A stretch of 64,000 nucleotides of DNA, from assembly GCA_012026655.1 (NCBI GenBank), contig JAAILG010000034.1:124001-188000 (forward strand), written 5' to 3'. Below, piece after piece: positions 1 through 12,694 of the stretch (position 1 is its first letter; each line of letters opens with the position of its first letter). The stretch comes from Hydrolagus affinis. Its lineage: Eukaryota. Under the pieces are notes generated by a model. That model ran no database searches. It had not been told where the DNA came from and worked only from the letters and a program-made list of their open reading frames with translations. Both the position numbers and the translations under genes were made by a program.

Positions 1-125
1 ATTGAGTTAAGTGAATTGAATTGTTGAGAATAATGTAGCTTAAGTATGCAAAATTCAAGCTAAATATTGGTTGTATCTTATTAGACAAATGCATTCCCAA
101 AAGGGTATTTTTTTGTCCAACTCAG

Positions 126-310
126 GTCACTGAATAGTAATCAAGACTAGGGACCCTGGCTGATTTTCCCTCTCTTACCTAGGGGCACCAAGACCAGCTG
201 TAGCACTCCCCAACAGCTGCCTCAGCTGAGCAGAGATGCTAATGGATGCCTTCTATTCTGTGTGGCTTAGTGCTACATTGAGCAATGTATTAATCCGGTA
301 AGCTATTCAG
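126..310 (-). mobile_element. Old SINE fragment (family B, 5' part)
   Basis: The reverse complement reads ...AAGCCACACAGAATAGAAGG...CTCAGCTGAGGCAGCTG...GCTACAGCTGGTC...CCCCTAGG...GGGAAAATCAGCCAGGGTCCC...ATTCAGTGACC. It partly aligns by eye with 3100-3320 and 32660-32940 and resembles a chondrichthyan SINE as I recall it. Confidence 0.5.
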
Positions 311-2664
311 GATATTAAAAACACATAAGACCATCTCTGAAAGCCATATCAAAATTTGTTATAGTGAGGTTTACATTGCACATGTTTTTTTCCAGTAAAA
401 GGGCCACCATTCTATACGCCATGTTTATTATCTTCACAAGACATGTTATACCAGGCAAGAATATAAGTCAGTGACAAGGCAGTACAGAGCATTTCTTGTA
501 AAGTAGTGTATATGGTACACACTAAAGTTTAAATGTTTACTATGGAACTGAGCTATCATTCTTCAAAATGCTAAAATGCACAGAAGCATAGAACACAAGG
601 TAAGCACTGCGTATGCAGCCAACCAATTGTTTAATGTGCAGTATTACCATTGTACCAAAATGTCAGCAGTCAAAATGCTAGTTAAATTACTGTTTGTTTT
701 TGTCAGTTTGTAAGAAACATTTTCAGTTCATCTCAGACATGTGAACAAATTATATTGGCAGGCATATAACAAAGCCTTGCTGACTGGCTTTGTGATTAGC
801 AATGTAGCCAGTCAATCCTTGACTGAGGAGTGCAGAAATGATCTGAGGCATTGGTAGCACCGTGCAGCAACTGCTTAGAGCAAAGATAGATGGTAGACGT
901 TTGATTTATGAACACTGCACTTTTTTCTCCAATGGAACACAAACAATTCAAGTGCAGCTCTCAATTGTGCCATATCTACTGCATAAATGTAATTTATTAC
1001 AACCCAGGTATTCAATTGAGGAAGTGTTCAATATAGAATTTGTAAAGGTCACAAAAATAAATTCCACTAATACAATAAATGGCTAACTTTAAACTCTTCT
1101 ATCGCTGGGTCATTGGACCTCATAGAGTAACAGAAGACACTTCACACAATTATGTCCCAAATGCCCAAACATCAGTTATTTATTTCAGTTTTTATTATTC
1201 TCTTCTGTTCTGAGCTGCAAAGGAATGTTTGATGGTATTATAATAAGTACATTTTGTTCTCACTGATATAGATGCTTTGCATCGCAATATTGTTCACAAG
1301 AGTTATAATTCACCTCCTAGGACTAGACAAATGAAAAACAGATCTAATGTGAAATATCATTAATATCTTAGGAGCGGGTGAAAGTTGTATTGGAATCAAA
1401 GCACGTGTGAACTTCAAATAAATTGCTTCAGAAGCTGGTTTAGGTTCCAGCAGGAGATGTGTCAACTTCATAAAACTCCACGGCGGCAGACCCCGTCAGT
1501 ACTGCTGAAATTCAGAATGTTGCAGATATTTTAATGAAGAGCATTGTCAATCCCATTTAATGACAGTTACGTTCTCCTGTCATAGACCTACACGCACAAT
1601 GCACAGACTTATAATACATGCAGCATTAGTGTGCACTGCATGATTATGTTTATGCATTTCAGTGCACTAATGCCATCAGATGAATCTCCTGCCATTTGTG
1701 ACGAACGTGTTTTCCTTTTTGACATTTTTATCCCCCCTTCTTTTATTCTGAACGGAGATGTTTGTCTTTCTGTGTATAATTGTGCAGGGTTCATTGAAAT
1801 CCACATCCCAGGCCGCTTTAAATTGCTGCTTTCAAACCTTAAGAATGTAATGTGACATTATGATGTACGATACCATCTAGATACCTTGAACTACAAGAAA
1901 AGCAAGATGCCAGAACCTTAGAGAATTAAATAATCACAGAAAAAAATGTACAGTTGTCCTAAGTGGATCATTCTTAATTACTTGAAATTTTGTTTTCTTA
2001 TGACATCTTATTGAAATAGTTTTCTAAGTCATTTTGGTAACAGCCCACCCCCCATCCACCAAGTTCACAAGTATTTTTGATATGATTATTGTGAGTAGGT
2101 TCCCAAAGGGTACATCATCACTGGGTAATTTATTGAGTATAGTAAAAGAATACACATAAAACTATCGATGTACAGTAATTTGATCACTGTTATGAATCAA
2201 TTAATCTTAGTTTATCATTAATTTTAAAGTTCACAATTAGTAAAACCCCAAGGAGGATATTTGTGATGTTAAATAGATGTAAATTCCTAATAGTGCAGTA
2301 AGAATAACTTCATTAGTTCACAGTAACGTCAATCTGTTCAAACTAAAAGCACATATTTTCTAACAAAATCCAATTACAGACATTGTGGCAGACATAAAAT
2401 GGGAAGATGCTCATGGTAAATTGGCTCCAATAGCGAGGAGGGTTGAAATGGGGAAATGTTCCTGGAGAATTGTTAGCAATCATCAATAGAATGAACATGA
2501 AGGAGATACGATTTTAAAGATATACCCACCACCAAACGTCTGACAGAAAATAAGGTCTTGCAATACAGTGATTTCTGGAGGCAATGGTTCCATTCATATA
2601 TTTGTTCATCTTGGGAAGATGTCTATTCTGTGTTAAATTAGTTAAGCCACGGCAATACAGTTTT

Positions 2665-2970
2665 TTTTAGGGGTTAGCCAGGCATCCAACAAATGCAGAA
2701 ACCTATCACCATGGGAGTGAGAGTTCCACACAAGTATGTCACCTACACATGGAAGTGCACTGTCTCCCCTGGAGGGTCCAGCCTATTCATCTAATTCTAA
2801 AGTGTATTAGGCGCAGGTTGGCAAGAGCCAGAATGTGCTGAGAGGCACTGCTGGAATTTAACCCACTGTTTGGCAGGTTTCCTGCTGTTTGTCCACCTTA
2901 ACTGTTAAGGCTTTGGCTTGACAGGTTAACAGAAGCAATGTGAGAACAATCTGTGCTCCCAGAAAACAGT
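2665..2970 (-). repeat. Dispersed repeat family C, copy 1
   Basis: The reverse complement contains CTGGCTCTTGCCAACCTG...TAATAC...AGAAT...CCCTCCAGGGGAGA, which aligns with 55286-55360 (+) and 61200-61270 (-). Confidence 0.6.
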
Positions 2971-3099
2971 TTGGGATTTCAGTCTTTTGTGGATAATTTT
3001 ATTTTGAGATTACCTGTACATTTGTTTTTTTTTCCATACCTGTTAGTTTGCTGTAGTACTAGCAACGTTTAGTTTTGTATTCCTTTTGTTTCATTGGAT

Positions 3100-3620
3100 G
3101 GGTGAGGAGGGGGGAAACAAGACAGAGTTCCTGCTCCAGATTCCAACTTACAAAATCTCTTACTCCACTGGAAAAGTATATTAACTTTAGGCGAGGAGAA
3201 GATCAGGTTCAACTGTGATGATGCAGAGGCCAAACAGCCGGCCTTGTTGTGTCAGGTCACTGATGAATATGAGCACTTGGGTGAGGTATCAGAGAACTGC
3301 CAGAACTTGTGTGCCCGTGAATCAGCAAGACAAGAGGAGAGATTTTCTCTTAAGAAACAAATTTGTCGATGATCAATCCCATTACCATCATGCATTAAAC
3401 TTAGTATTTTCCTGACAAGATTAAAATCCTTGCTACTCTCCATTCTTCTTTGATCAGCAGTCAAGAGTAACTCTCAAATTGATAGATAGCTAAGACTCAG
3501 ACAATATGTGCTGAGACCAGTTGTGGAGGTAGCTTTCCTCTGTATCTGATCGAGGAGTGCTTGATATGGGCACTGGGGTTTCCTCTTTTATTTCCGCATC
3601 AACATCCTCCAAAGTATAAA
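3100..3620 (+). mobile_element. Old SINE family B body and tail fragments
   Basis: GTTCCTGCTCCAGAT...CTGGAAAA...GGCGAGGAGAAGATCAGG...CTGTGATG...CACTTGGGTGAGGTATCAGAG is shared with 32450-32490 and 32800-32935. The tail AGCTTTCCTCTGTATCTGA...GAGTGCTTGAT...CACTGGG is shared with 21870-21935. Confidence 0.45.
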
Positions 3621-4404
3621 ATCATGCCTCATCCACCATTCCATTACAAAAAGGAACAACAAACTAACAGGTATGAAAAAAAACAGGAACAACAAAAAAC
3701 CTCACAGTAAAATAATCCTCAAAAGACTGAAATCAAAAAACAGAACAGTCTTACAAAATGAAAGAAAACACACACAAAATACAGGGAACAAAGATACACC
3801 AGAAAACTTTGAAAAGAGTTCAAATTCCCCAGGATAAAGCTAAACTATCAACAGTTAGATTAGCATCTCCACACATCAACCCAAGGATTAACTCAAAGCT
3901 CTCAGGAATTCAATTGTGCAAGTATTCCATACTATTCCATACTATTTTTTACCAATGCCAAGCCTGTAGTGGATTAAGACTCAAGACAGTTGACTTCAGT
4001 ACCTTTAAGTAAGTAAGATTTAACAATATTAAACGCAAAATCGTTGATATTATATATTATACAAATATTGACTGTAGTTGAGGGCAAAAGCACTAACCTA
4101 TGATCTAATGATTTCATGAGACGACAAGTCTGCGTTTTTGTTTAGTACGATGCAATGTTTTACCTTACATTCTAAGAGCTGCAATAAATATTTGTTCAAT
4201 GGCAGCATTGGACTTAAATTCATTTTTAAAATACAGCAGAGGACAAACATTGCCAGAGGCAGATACTCATGCCGACTCTGCATACCCTGACTCTTTAGCA
4301 GTAATCAATGCAGAATGTGCTCTACTGGAATACAATGCTACCTAAACCAATCCTTTGCACCAGGTTAAAAGCTACATGGTAATGAACAAGATACCTGTAG
4401 AAAT

Positions 4405-5195
4405 ACAAACAGACAACCACAAAAATTACATTTGAAGAACACCTTTCACATCGGGAGGACGTCCCATGGCACTGAACAGTCTGGGGTCAGGATCAGTCAA
4501 GTCACGATCAAATTTTATGTGTGTGATGGGGGGGTGGGTAGGGATCGTGGGGCAACATTGGGATGAGGGAGGGCATGGATGTAGGGGCGGACGGCTGAAG
4601 GCATGGTCGAAAATGAGGGTGTTGAGACAGCCTTAAATGAGGCAAGGGATGGAGCAAGGCAGTGGGATTGTGGGTTGGAATTTGAAAAAAAGGGGAGGCA
4701 GAGAGGCTGAAGCCCGGCCGCAGATGGTAGGTAGGGGTCACCCGGAAGACATGGAACAGAAGGGGGCATGAATAGAGGGAGTGGACAGATTGGAAATATA
4801 ATAATAATAAATATAATAATTCTTGCATTTGATATAGTGCTTTTCACATCTTACCGACGTCTCAAAGCGCAAGTAGGTGGTCAACAGGTCATAGATGTAG
4901 GAGGGGGTCAAGGCCGTGGAGGGCCTTGAAAGTGAGGACAAGGATCTTGAATTCTACCTCTGAGAAATGGGGAACCAGTGGAGGGAAGTTTCTGTAGTCG
5001 AGGGTTGAGGTGACAAACGTGTGTGTGAGGGTTTTGGTGGCCTGAGGGTTGAGGTAGTGACAGAGTCAAGCAATATTAAGAGGTGGTGCAAGACAGTGCT
5101 GGTCATGGCACAGAAATGGCACAGAAAGGACAGTTGAGGGGTGAACAAGACATCCAGATTTCTGACTGGCTTGGTGAGGTGGAGTGTGCATCCAA
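4405..5195 (-). mobile_element. L2 LINE 3' fragment, interrupted by a SINE tail
   Basis: Antisense L2 terminus (reverse complement GGACGTCCTCCCGATGTGAAAGGTG...AAATGTAATTTTTGTGGTTG). Minus-strand translation fragments LAPSLASFK and VRNLDVLFTPQLSF resemble the L2 ORF2 C-terminal region. Homologous to 28469-29070. Confidence 0.85.
4798..4870 (-). mobile_element. SINE 3' tail nested inside L2
   Basis: The reverse complement GCGCTTTGAGACGTC...GATGTGAAAAGCACTATATCAAATGCAAGAATTATTAT matches the tails of the full SINE copies. Confidence 0.8.
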
Positions 5196-5480
5196 TCAAT
5201 ACAAGTTGATTTTCACTGCCTACTAACTCACTCACTCACTTGGAAGTTTTGTCTCCCAATTCTATTTAGTGCTAAAGTAAAGTTGGCAACCATGGCAACT
5301 TTTTAACCCACCAATTTGCACTTATTTAGTGCCTTTCACATCACTAAATGTCTTAAAGTGCATTATAAAGATGGAGTGGAGATGGAGTGGGAGCTTAACC
5401 AGGGAGAGGAGATATGACTGCAACTGCAGTGGAAAGAAGTCTTTTTTTTAAAGGAGTATTTTGAAAGGGAAGATGTAGGC

Positions 5481-5680
5481 TAATAATAATCCCTCAAAGA
5501 AAAACAGTAATAAATTGGTAATTTTCAATCCATAACTGTTTGTGGGAAACTGCTGTGCACAATTGGCTGCCGCGTTTCGCCCACACATATACAGTCAATT
5601 CACTTTGCAGTACATTCTGTGAAGCGCTTTGAGACGTGTAGAAGATGTGAAAAGCGCTATATCAAATGCAATGATTATAT
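5481..5680 (+). mobile_element. SINE family A, 3' half (Deu-type body plus L2-like tail)
   Basis: TAATAATAATCCCTC...CTGTTTGTGGGAAACTGCTGTGCACAATTGGCTGCCGCGTTTCGCCCAC...GTGAAGCGCTTTGAGACGT...GCGCTATATCAAATGCAA. Confidence 0.85.
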
Positions 5681-7584
5681 CATCATCAGGAGAAACTCAG
5701 AAGCCTTTCTATCCTTAAGAAAGGATTTGTGCTTTCTGTTCATACCCAATATCTAGAGGTTACAATCCCTGACAAGCAGACTTCAGAAATGCTTTTTTGC
5801 AAAGTTCAGTAAATTACTCATCAGTAAATTAATGGACAATACCACTCTTCAAAGCAGAATTTAGCTAAAGGGAACATTTTGGTTGTTTATTCTGTGAATC
5901 TGAAATGCAAAAATGTATGAATCAATATGAAAGTCTTTTGTCTTAAATACCTTTAAACAGTTCCATCATCGAACCACCCCACTCTTTGGCTCTCCCATGT
6001 ACATCAAGCATTTGATCGCAGAGACAATGAGATCCATCTCAAAGGTCTCAACCAACAGCACTCCATCTTCTTCTCCTCCCCATGGCCATGTGCCTGGATT
6101 CTCGATTCTTCTCCTCTCACCAGCAGGTCAATGATTAATCACATAATTATAGACACCTGTCATTCCTTCTGTACACATGTGTTCATCTATTCATGGCTCG
6201 TTAAAGCCCATTGTGGAGACTTATATAGACAATACTGCAAGCCTGAATGCCCCATGAGAAAGCTTGCTAGGATTTCAAGAAGTCACACCAGTATGTTTTA
6301 AACATCTCACTTATTTCTCTTTTAGGTTTAGGGTCAAGCAGAGGAGTAGCGTAGCAATCCCATCCAGAAATACCAGAAATTAGATCCCTTGATTTCATTC
6401 TATTGAAATGCATATTCAGTCCCAATGTGATGACATACAATGTACAGAATGACACAGTACAATCTTGTGAAGTGGTTTGAAATGTCCTTATGATATGAAA
6501 GGTGCTAGATCAAATGTAAGGATTTTTTAATTCCTTCATTCAGTGCTACTTCGGCACGACCGTTTTCAGAAAATGTGCATGCTTAGTGTTTGGTCATTTG
6601 TCATTTTGTGATTTTATATTGCTTATAATAGAGCATACATCATGCTACAGATCATAAATATCCCTTCAGGTCTACGTGCACACTTTAGTCACCAAAGCAC
6701 ATACAAATATTCCCCAATGGACTCCAGCTAATTAGTAAGAGTACTCCTTGATGTGCCGAGCTCTCCACACAATGCATTAGACGATAAAATATGGAGACCA
6801 CTTAAACACTTATTATGAGTTTTAATAAACTGAATGGCCTCAGTATTTATCAACCATTCAATAATAGGAAAATGACAGAGAAAATAAATGGTGCATATTG
6901 TTGACTGCTCAAAGTAATTTACAGCTCCACAAATGCAACCAAGGCCTTCTCATGTTCGACTTTTCACGGCCGAATACCTTTGTAACATTATTGGCCATGC
7001 TCAAACGTACACAATGGCCATTTAGTTCAGTATCAGACTTTGGCCACTGACCATGGATATGATACCACTGTGTTAATTGGTAACTTTAGGAGATGAGGAA
7101 AGGGAACTGGGAAAAAGAGCAAACCCAACCAACCAGATGGATCACTTTACAACAACAACAATATTATATTTATAAAGCGCATTTCACATCAGGAGGAATT
7201 TACTTTACACCAATCATCAGAAACTAAACCAAAACACTGAATTTAGACCACAGGGTAGGACCAAAAAATTGTACACAGTTCTTATTTTCCCAAGAAGGCA
7301 CATTCAGTTCCTGCTACCATTTTCCAACTGCAATCATTTATTTCCCCTCTCATGTTTTCCTAGTGAATGAGTTTGGGTTAGCAGATCACTGCATTCACTG
7401 CATTCAACAGTGATCCAAATTTGAATCTAGCACACCCAATTTATCCAATCAATTATTTCACCTATTGGAAGTCAATAGAGTGGCAATTGAAGTTAAATAA
7501 ATTTACAATTGGTTAAAATTTTAGATGGACTTGCTGTGATTCCAATTTGGATGTTGTTCTACAGTTAAATTCCATCCCTAAATT

Positions 7585-7800
7585 CCTCTGCCTTGCCCCT
7601 TCCCTAGGTTCCTTCAAGTTCCGCCTCAGGACCCTCCTCTTCGACCATGGCATCAGTCACCCCCCTTCCCCTCCCTTCCTTACACCCTCCCCGAACCCGA
7701 CCCCAGTTTGGGTGTGAAACACTGACTGTCCAGGGCTTGGGACGTCCTTCCGATGTAAAAGGTGCTATACTAATGTAATTTTGTTGTTGTTGTTGTTGTA
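7585..7800 (+). mobile_element. L2 LINE 3' end with (TTG)n tail
   Basis: GGGACGTCCTTCCGATGTAAAAGGTGCTATACTAATGTAATTTTGTTGTTGTTGTTG; the upstream TTCAAGTTCCGCCTCAGGACCCTCCTCTTCGAC encodes an FKxRLxTLLFD-like L2 ORF2 end. Confidence 0.85.
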
Positions 7801-7834
7801 AATGTGTTGTTGTAAATGTAAATGCCATATACAC

Positions 7835-8663
7835 TATATAAAGGACTTGGATGAAGGAATAGAAAGTTTTGTATATAAGTTTGCAGTAGGGAAGTGCGAG
7901 GTCATGCACTATGGACTGAAAAACGATTAGGCAGAATATTTTCTTAATGGGGAGAAATTAAGAGCTGTGGAGGAGCAAAAAATATTTGGGTGTCTATATT
8001 CACTAAAAACTAGTTCCCGGGTGCAAAATATAATCAAAAAGTCAAATGGAATGTTGGCCTTTATCTTGAGAGGTCTGGAATAAAAAGGTGGAAGAAATGA
8101 TGGCTTCAGCTGTATTGAGCATTAGTCAGACCCCACCTGGAGTACTGGGTTCAGTTTTTGGCACCACACCTCAGGAAATATATATTGGCCCTGCAGCGCA
8201 GATTCACCAAAATGTTATACCAGGACTAAAAGGATTAAGTTACAAGGAAAAGCTGCGTAAACTTGGATTGTATTCGCTCGAGTTTAGAAGATTGAGGAGT
8301 GATTTGATAGAGGTTTTTAGGATGATAAAGGTGATTTGATAGACTAGCTGTAGAAAAGCTATTTCCTCTGGTGGGGGAAATGCAAAACAAGAGGGCATAG
8401 TCTTAAAATTAGAACCAGGTCATTTAAGAGTGAAATCAGCAAGTATTTTTTTCACTCAAAGGGTGGTAGAAATCTAAAATTGTCTCCCCAAAAGGTCGTA
8501 GATGCTGAATGAGGTTGGCAGATTTTTGGTAGGTCGGGGTATTAAGGGATACAGGGTGAAATCGGAAAATTGAAAGGACTAGTAAAGATATAGATCAGCT
8601 ATGATCTAATTAAATGGTGGTACAGATTTGACGGTTTGAATGGCCTAATCCTGTTCCTATGTT
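7835..8663 (+). mobile_element. CR1-clade LINE 3' fragment (degenerate RT C-terminus plus 3' UTR)
   Basis: Translated fragments KCEVMHYG, LVRPHLEY and IPGLKGLSYKEKLRKLGLYSLEFRRLRSDLIEVFRMIK. The 3' end GATCAGCTATGATCTAATTAAATGG...GAATGGCCTAATCCTGTTCCTATG is typical of shark CR1/HER1-type tails. Confidence 0.92.
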
Positions 8664-10587
8664 TGCACTTTATTTCCTATCAACTGATATCGTAATCAAC
8701 ACTGAGACCGACAAATGTGAGTGGATAGATACTATCAGATTAAGTGTAATTGTTCTACATCACCAAGCTATTCTGCAGGGTGGAGGCAAGAAACAATTAA
8801 AGTTTTGTTCACCAGATTAAACAAGACTGTAAAACACACATGGGCTGCTGCACTTTCCAGCTATTGTATTGATAGAGGGTTGAGAGTGGGTTGTTTGTCT
8901 GCCATCTTGACTGTAAAACTACAGGTGGACGCCAAACGTTTATGGGGAGATATAGCAGAGATGTCATGGCGCCGTAGGAAAAAAATAACCATTTATTTTC
9001 AAATTTACACTCAAGCATCAAATATTTCCTCTTGAAACATTTTACACCTCTTAAGAAAACATCTCACACCTTTTTATCAGCCTCTTAACTCTTAATAAAC
9101 TAAAAATAATCCTTCAGCCTTTCATTCTCTATCACTTAACACCCTAGTTTCATCTCCCTTCCATTTTTGTTGAAAGAAACTTAGAATTTCTGAGGCAGTA
9201 CAACCTACACTGTATATCCTTAAGTTACCAGCTTTGTTGCCTTCTGTATCATGTTGGATTTATTTTGACGGTGATACCATCTGGCCATTTTTGTGTGGGC
9301 TGAAAACACATCAGAACATTTGTGCATTCAAAAGGATGGCAGGAGAGGTCTGGAAACATTCATTCACTTCAATGTAAAGATTACTGAGTTTTATCTTTAG
9401 AACTGACCCTTTGAATGAGTTTTACTCAGCCTCCCCCAAAGAATATTTTCACCCGCTGCAAGACTGAGCAAGATACAAAGTGACTTAGGAGCAGTCATTT
9501 CAGGCTCAGCCATTCAATTTCACTGAAACATTCACTTCTATTGAAATCAATTGGATTAGCACCAGCAATTTATGGGCAAAAATAACTTTGTACCATGGAA
9601 ATAATAATGGAAAACAGAAATGACAAGGGAGAGAGGGAAGAAAAACATAAATCTTCTTGCATCACAGACAGAGAAAAAAAAAACTCCTCTAGGCACCATA
9701 GCAGAAATATAGAATTCAATATTTGGGGAATTTTGGATATGTTAAGTTGTCATCTATCTAGTGTGTGAATGTCAGTTGGTTGCTGGCCTCTGTGCATCAC
9801 CTCTATACATGACTCAGATGAACAGCACTGAGGTTCAGAGACGCTGCAGGAAAGACAATACAGTCATGTCAGAGCAAAGATTTGCACTGAAGTGCATCAA
9901 ACGCTCTGCCAAGAACAGATATCAAGCTTAATATGATTGATGGGCAGGTTCATTTCAGTTGTAGACCGAAGGAAAGAAGTCAAATATTTATATTTAAGCA
10001 AGTTTTTAAAAATTCATTCCCTTTTCCTATTTAAATAGTGTATTTTCATAAGTCACAGATTACAGTTGGATCTCCCAATTATTGAAACCAAATTTAAGCT
10101 GTGTGTTAATTTGGCTAAATACTGCAATCTTTTCCAGTTTCAGTTTTGCACTTGGTTTTCAAAATGTACCTAAACCAATGCCATTCATTGAAGAAAAAAG
10201 TCACTTCACTGACACATGCACAATAAATTAATATTCACTTGGACCCAACCCTATGTGAAGAAATATTTCAGGTGCTAAATACAAAACTGAAAATAGGGTA
10301 TTTAATAGCAATTAAAACGTTTTTACCTTGTGTGCACTATCAAGTATTTTTCTGCCAAACGTTTTATGCTTGACAGCTTGTTAACTTAAGTTTACTAAAA
10401 CATGAGATTTGTACTGTACTGTGAAATATATACTGGCCCTGGCAAAAAAACTTAGGTCCCATCTCCTAACATTTACGATGGTAAGTATTGAAGGCAAATT
10501 ATATTGCATGAAAATGAGTGCAACTTGAAGAGAATCTGCAGGGAATTATGAGTGGATCAGAATTATGAGTGTATGATGTAGTGGATC

Positions 10588-10677
10588 ATACACTCCACTT
10601 AATAGATCTGGATCTATTGAGTGGAGTGTATTCTCCACTCAATACATCCAGAGTGGATCTATTGAGTGGAGAATACA
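10588..10677. repeat. Four alternating inverted copies of a ~20-bp unit (double hairpin)
   Basis: 10588-10608 pairs with 10611-10631 (1 mismatch), 10627-10650 pairs with 10654-10677 (1 mismatch), and the two middle units also pair. Confidence 0.9.
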
Positions 10678-11653
10678 GACAGAAATACAGCAGAGAACAT
10701 GCTGTCCCAGAAATCCTGCGGAAAGATAATGGTCAGATTCTTATGTAATTCTGTTGTGGCTGCATTTCCCCAAATTCTTCCCAACATCATGAAATCACAT
10801 GAATTACCAAATCAGTTTGGTAAATTCCTATCAAATAGCAGACATTCTTAGTTCAGAAAAAGTGCAGCTCTTGCAACCATAAACAATCGATAGAAAAGCT
10901 TAAAATATGTAATTTCTCATTTTTACTAGACCATTGGAGAAACAATTGGGTAGAGGAACCAGGGGTACAGGCTGAGGTATAGCTGCTTAATTTAGAAAGG
11001 GAGAGAGAGAATGTGAGAGTGCAAATAAGAATAATAGAACAATGAGTGAGAAAAACAGCTAAAATCAAACAATTTGGAATGAAAACCAAGCAAGAATAGG
11101 TGTAGAAAGCACATGAAAATAATGGAGAAACAATCATCATGGATAAAGAAGAGAGAGCAAGAGGGAAAAAAAAATAAAGACAATTAAACAAGAGAGCTGA
11201 GGAGACAAATTCTAATTGATTACTTGCTCTCCGTCCTTTGTGAATGCATAACTAAAGATCTGATAATTCATTATAGACAGTCTGGAATATCAAACCATTC
11301 AAATTACCTGGCGACTCTTCACAGGAAACTCAGTTACCAGATACCCGATCCAAGCAGGTTCACATTCATACAAGTGAAAAACCATATGAAATTTGCAATT
11401 TAATTGCAAATAGTTCAACAAATATTGGTATTAGTTATGATTTTGCTTTGTGGTAGTTGTATGAAAGCAACATTTGAAAAAGGAATTGGATAAATATTTG
11501 AAGGTAAATGCTGTAACTACTGTATTAAACATTGGGTATAGGTAGAGCTTCATGTGAAGGGTCCCATAAATGCAAGTTGTTGTTGCTGCTTCTTCTTTTA
11601 ATTTATCTTTGCTTCACAATATATGAACCAGCTAAGACAACTTGCGTCAGGCT

Positions 11654-11687
11654 TTTGCAAGAACTATATTTGCAAGAACTATATTTG
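11654..11687 (+). repeat. 15-bp tandem duplication
   Basis: TTTGCAAGAACTATA x2 followed by TTTG. Confidence 0.9.
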
Positions 11688-12694
11688 TCCAAGCGCCAAA
11701 GAAAAGTGGAAGAGTAAGCGAAGGGTTAAACCATCCTTGTATTTTGCTTCCTCCCTAAAAGGACAAAAGGAATCACAAGATGGACTCACCTCAAGTTGTT
11801 CCTTGTGCCTTTCCTCTGGTGAAACGTGAACAGTGCATGTTTTTCCACACCGATGCTCTGTGCCACCTGCTGCTCCAACGTGCCGGCTATCAAACGTCAC
11901 ATATTAAATACGTTATGAAAATGACAGGCACAATACTATAAAATGTTAGGCATCCAATTTGATGAATTACCAGATTAAAAGAAGCCATAAAATTCAAAAC
12001 ATACTTGTCCCTTTATCCAGAAAACAGAGTAATTGAAAAAAAACTCTTAGGAATTACGTAATAACTAACAATCTTTAACAGATTTATTGAAAATCAGATA
12101 CAAGGTTAAGTCCTTAAATGAATGGTTATAGAAAACCTCTAAATTTTCTGTCTTACTTTATAGTGTATGTGAAATAATTATGCTGAACATGGCAGTACAT
12201 TAGTGGTTATAAACCTGCTCTATACATCTATAACCTAATCATCAGGATTAGTGGTTCATAAATTCACGTAGCAATTTGTCCTCAATGATCTGCATCAAAA
12301 TAAAAATCTACAGTAATTATGGCATATTCTGCAGCAGCAACTAACAGAAGTGTTTACAAAGTTACAAAAAAAAATTACTTTATGAACGCCCTATCAACTA
12401 TGAAATGTAAATGTAATTATCCTCAGAAACGGAATGGTTTATTTATATTTTATCAGGGATTTACAAACATCATGCAAATTAATAATTACTTCATCAACCC
12501 GTTACAATGACATGCTTTATTAACCTTTGCTAAGTGATTTGTTAAATTTGTGTGCATTTCCACTTCAGAGCAATTTGGAAATGCAAGTGCTTGCTTTGGT
12601 CTATAGAAAGCATTTTTTGAGACCAGTGTCTATTTTTGACTGGACTGGTGTTATACGTTTTGAGGTAGCTGGTGAACTGTCATCATTTTGCAAA

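Noticed and set aside
10543-10677. CRISPR-like array
   Set aside because: Units are inverted, there are no unique spacers or cas genes, and the context is eukaryotic.
10853-11191. Hydrophobic 112-aa ORF suggesting a membrane protein
   Set aside because: Antisense reading of an A/G-rich low-complexity tract.
11358-11398. Translation VHIHTSEKPYEIC resembling a C2H2 zinc-finger linker
   Set aside because: No CxxC or HxxxH spacing on either side; a chance match.
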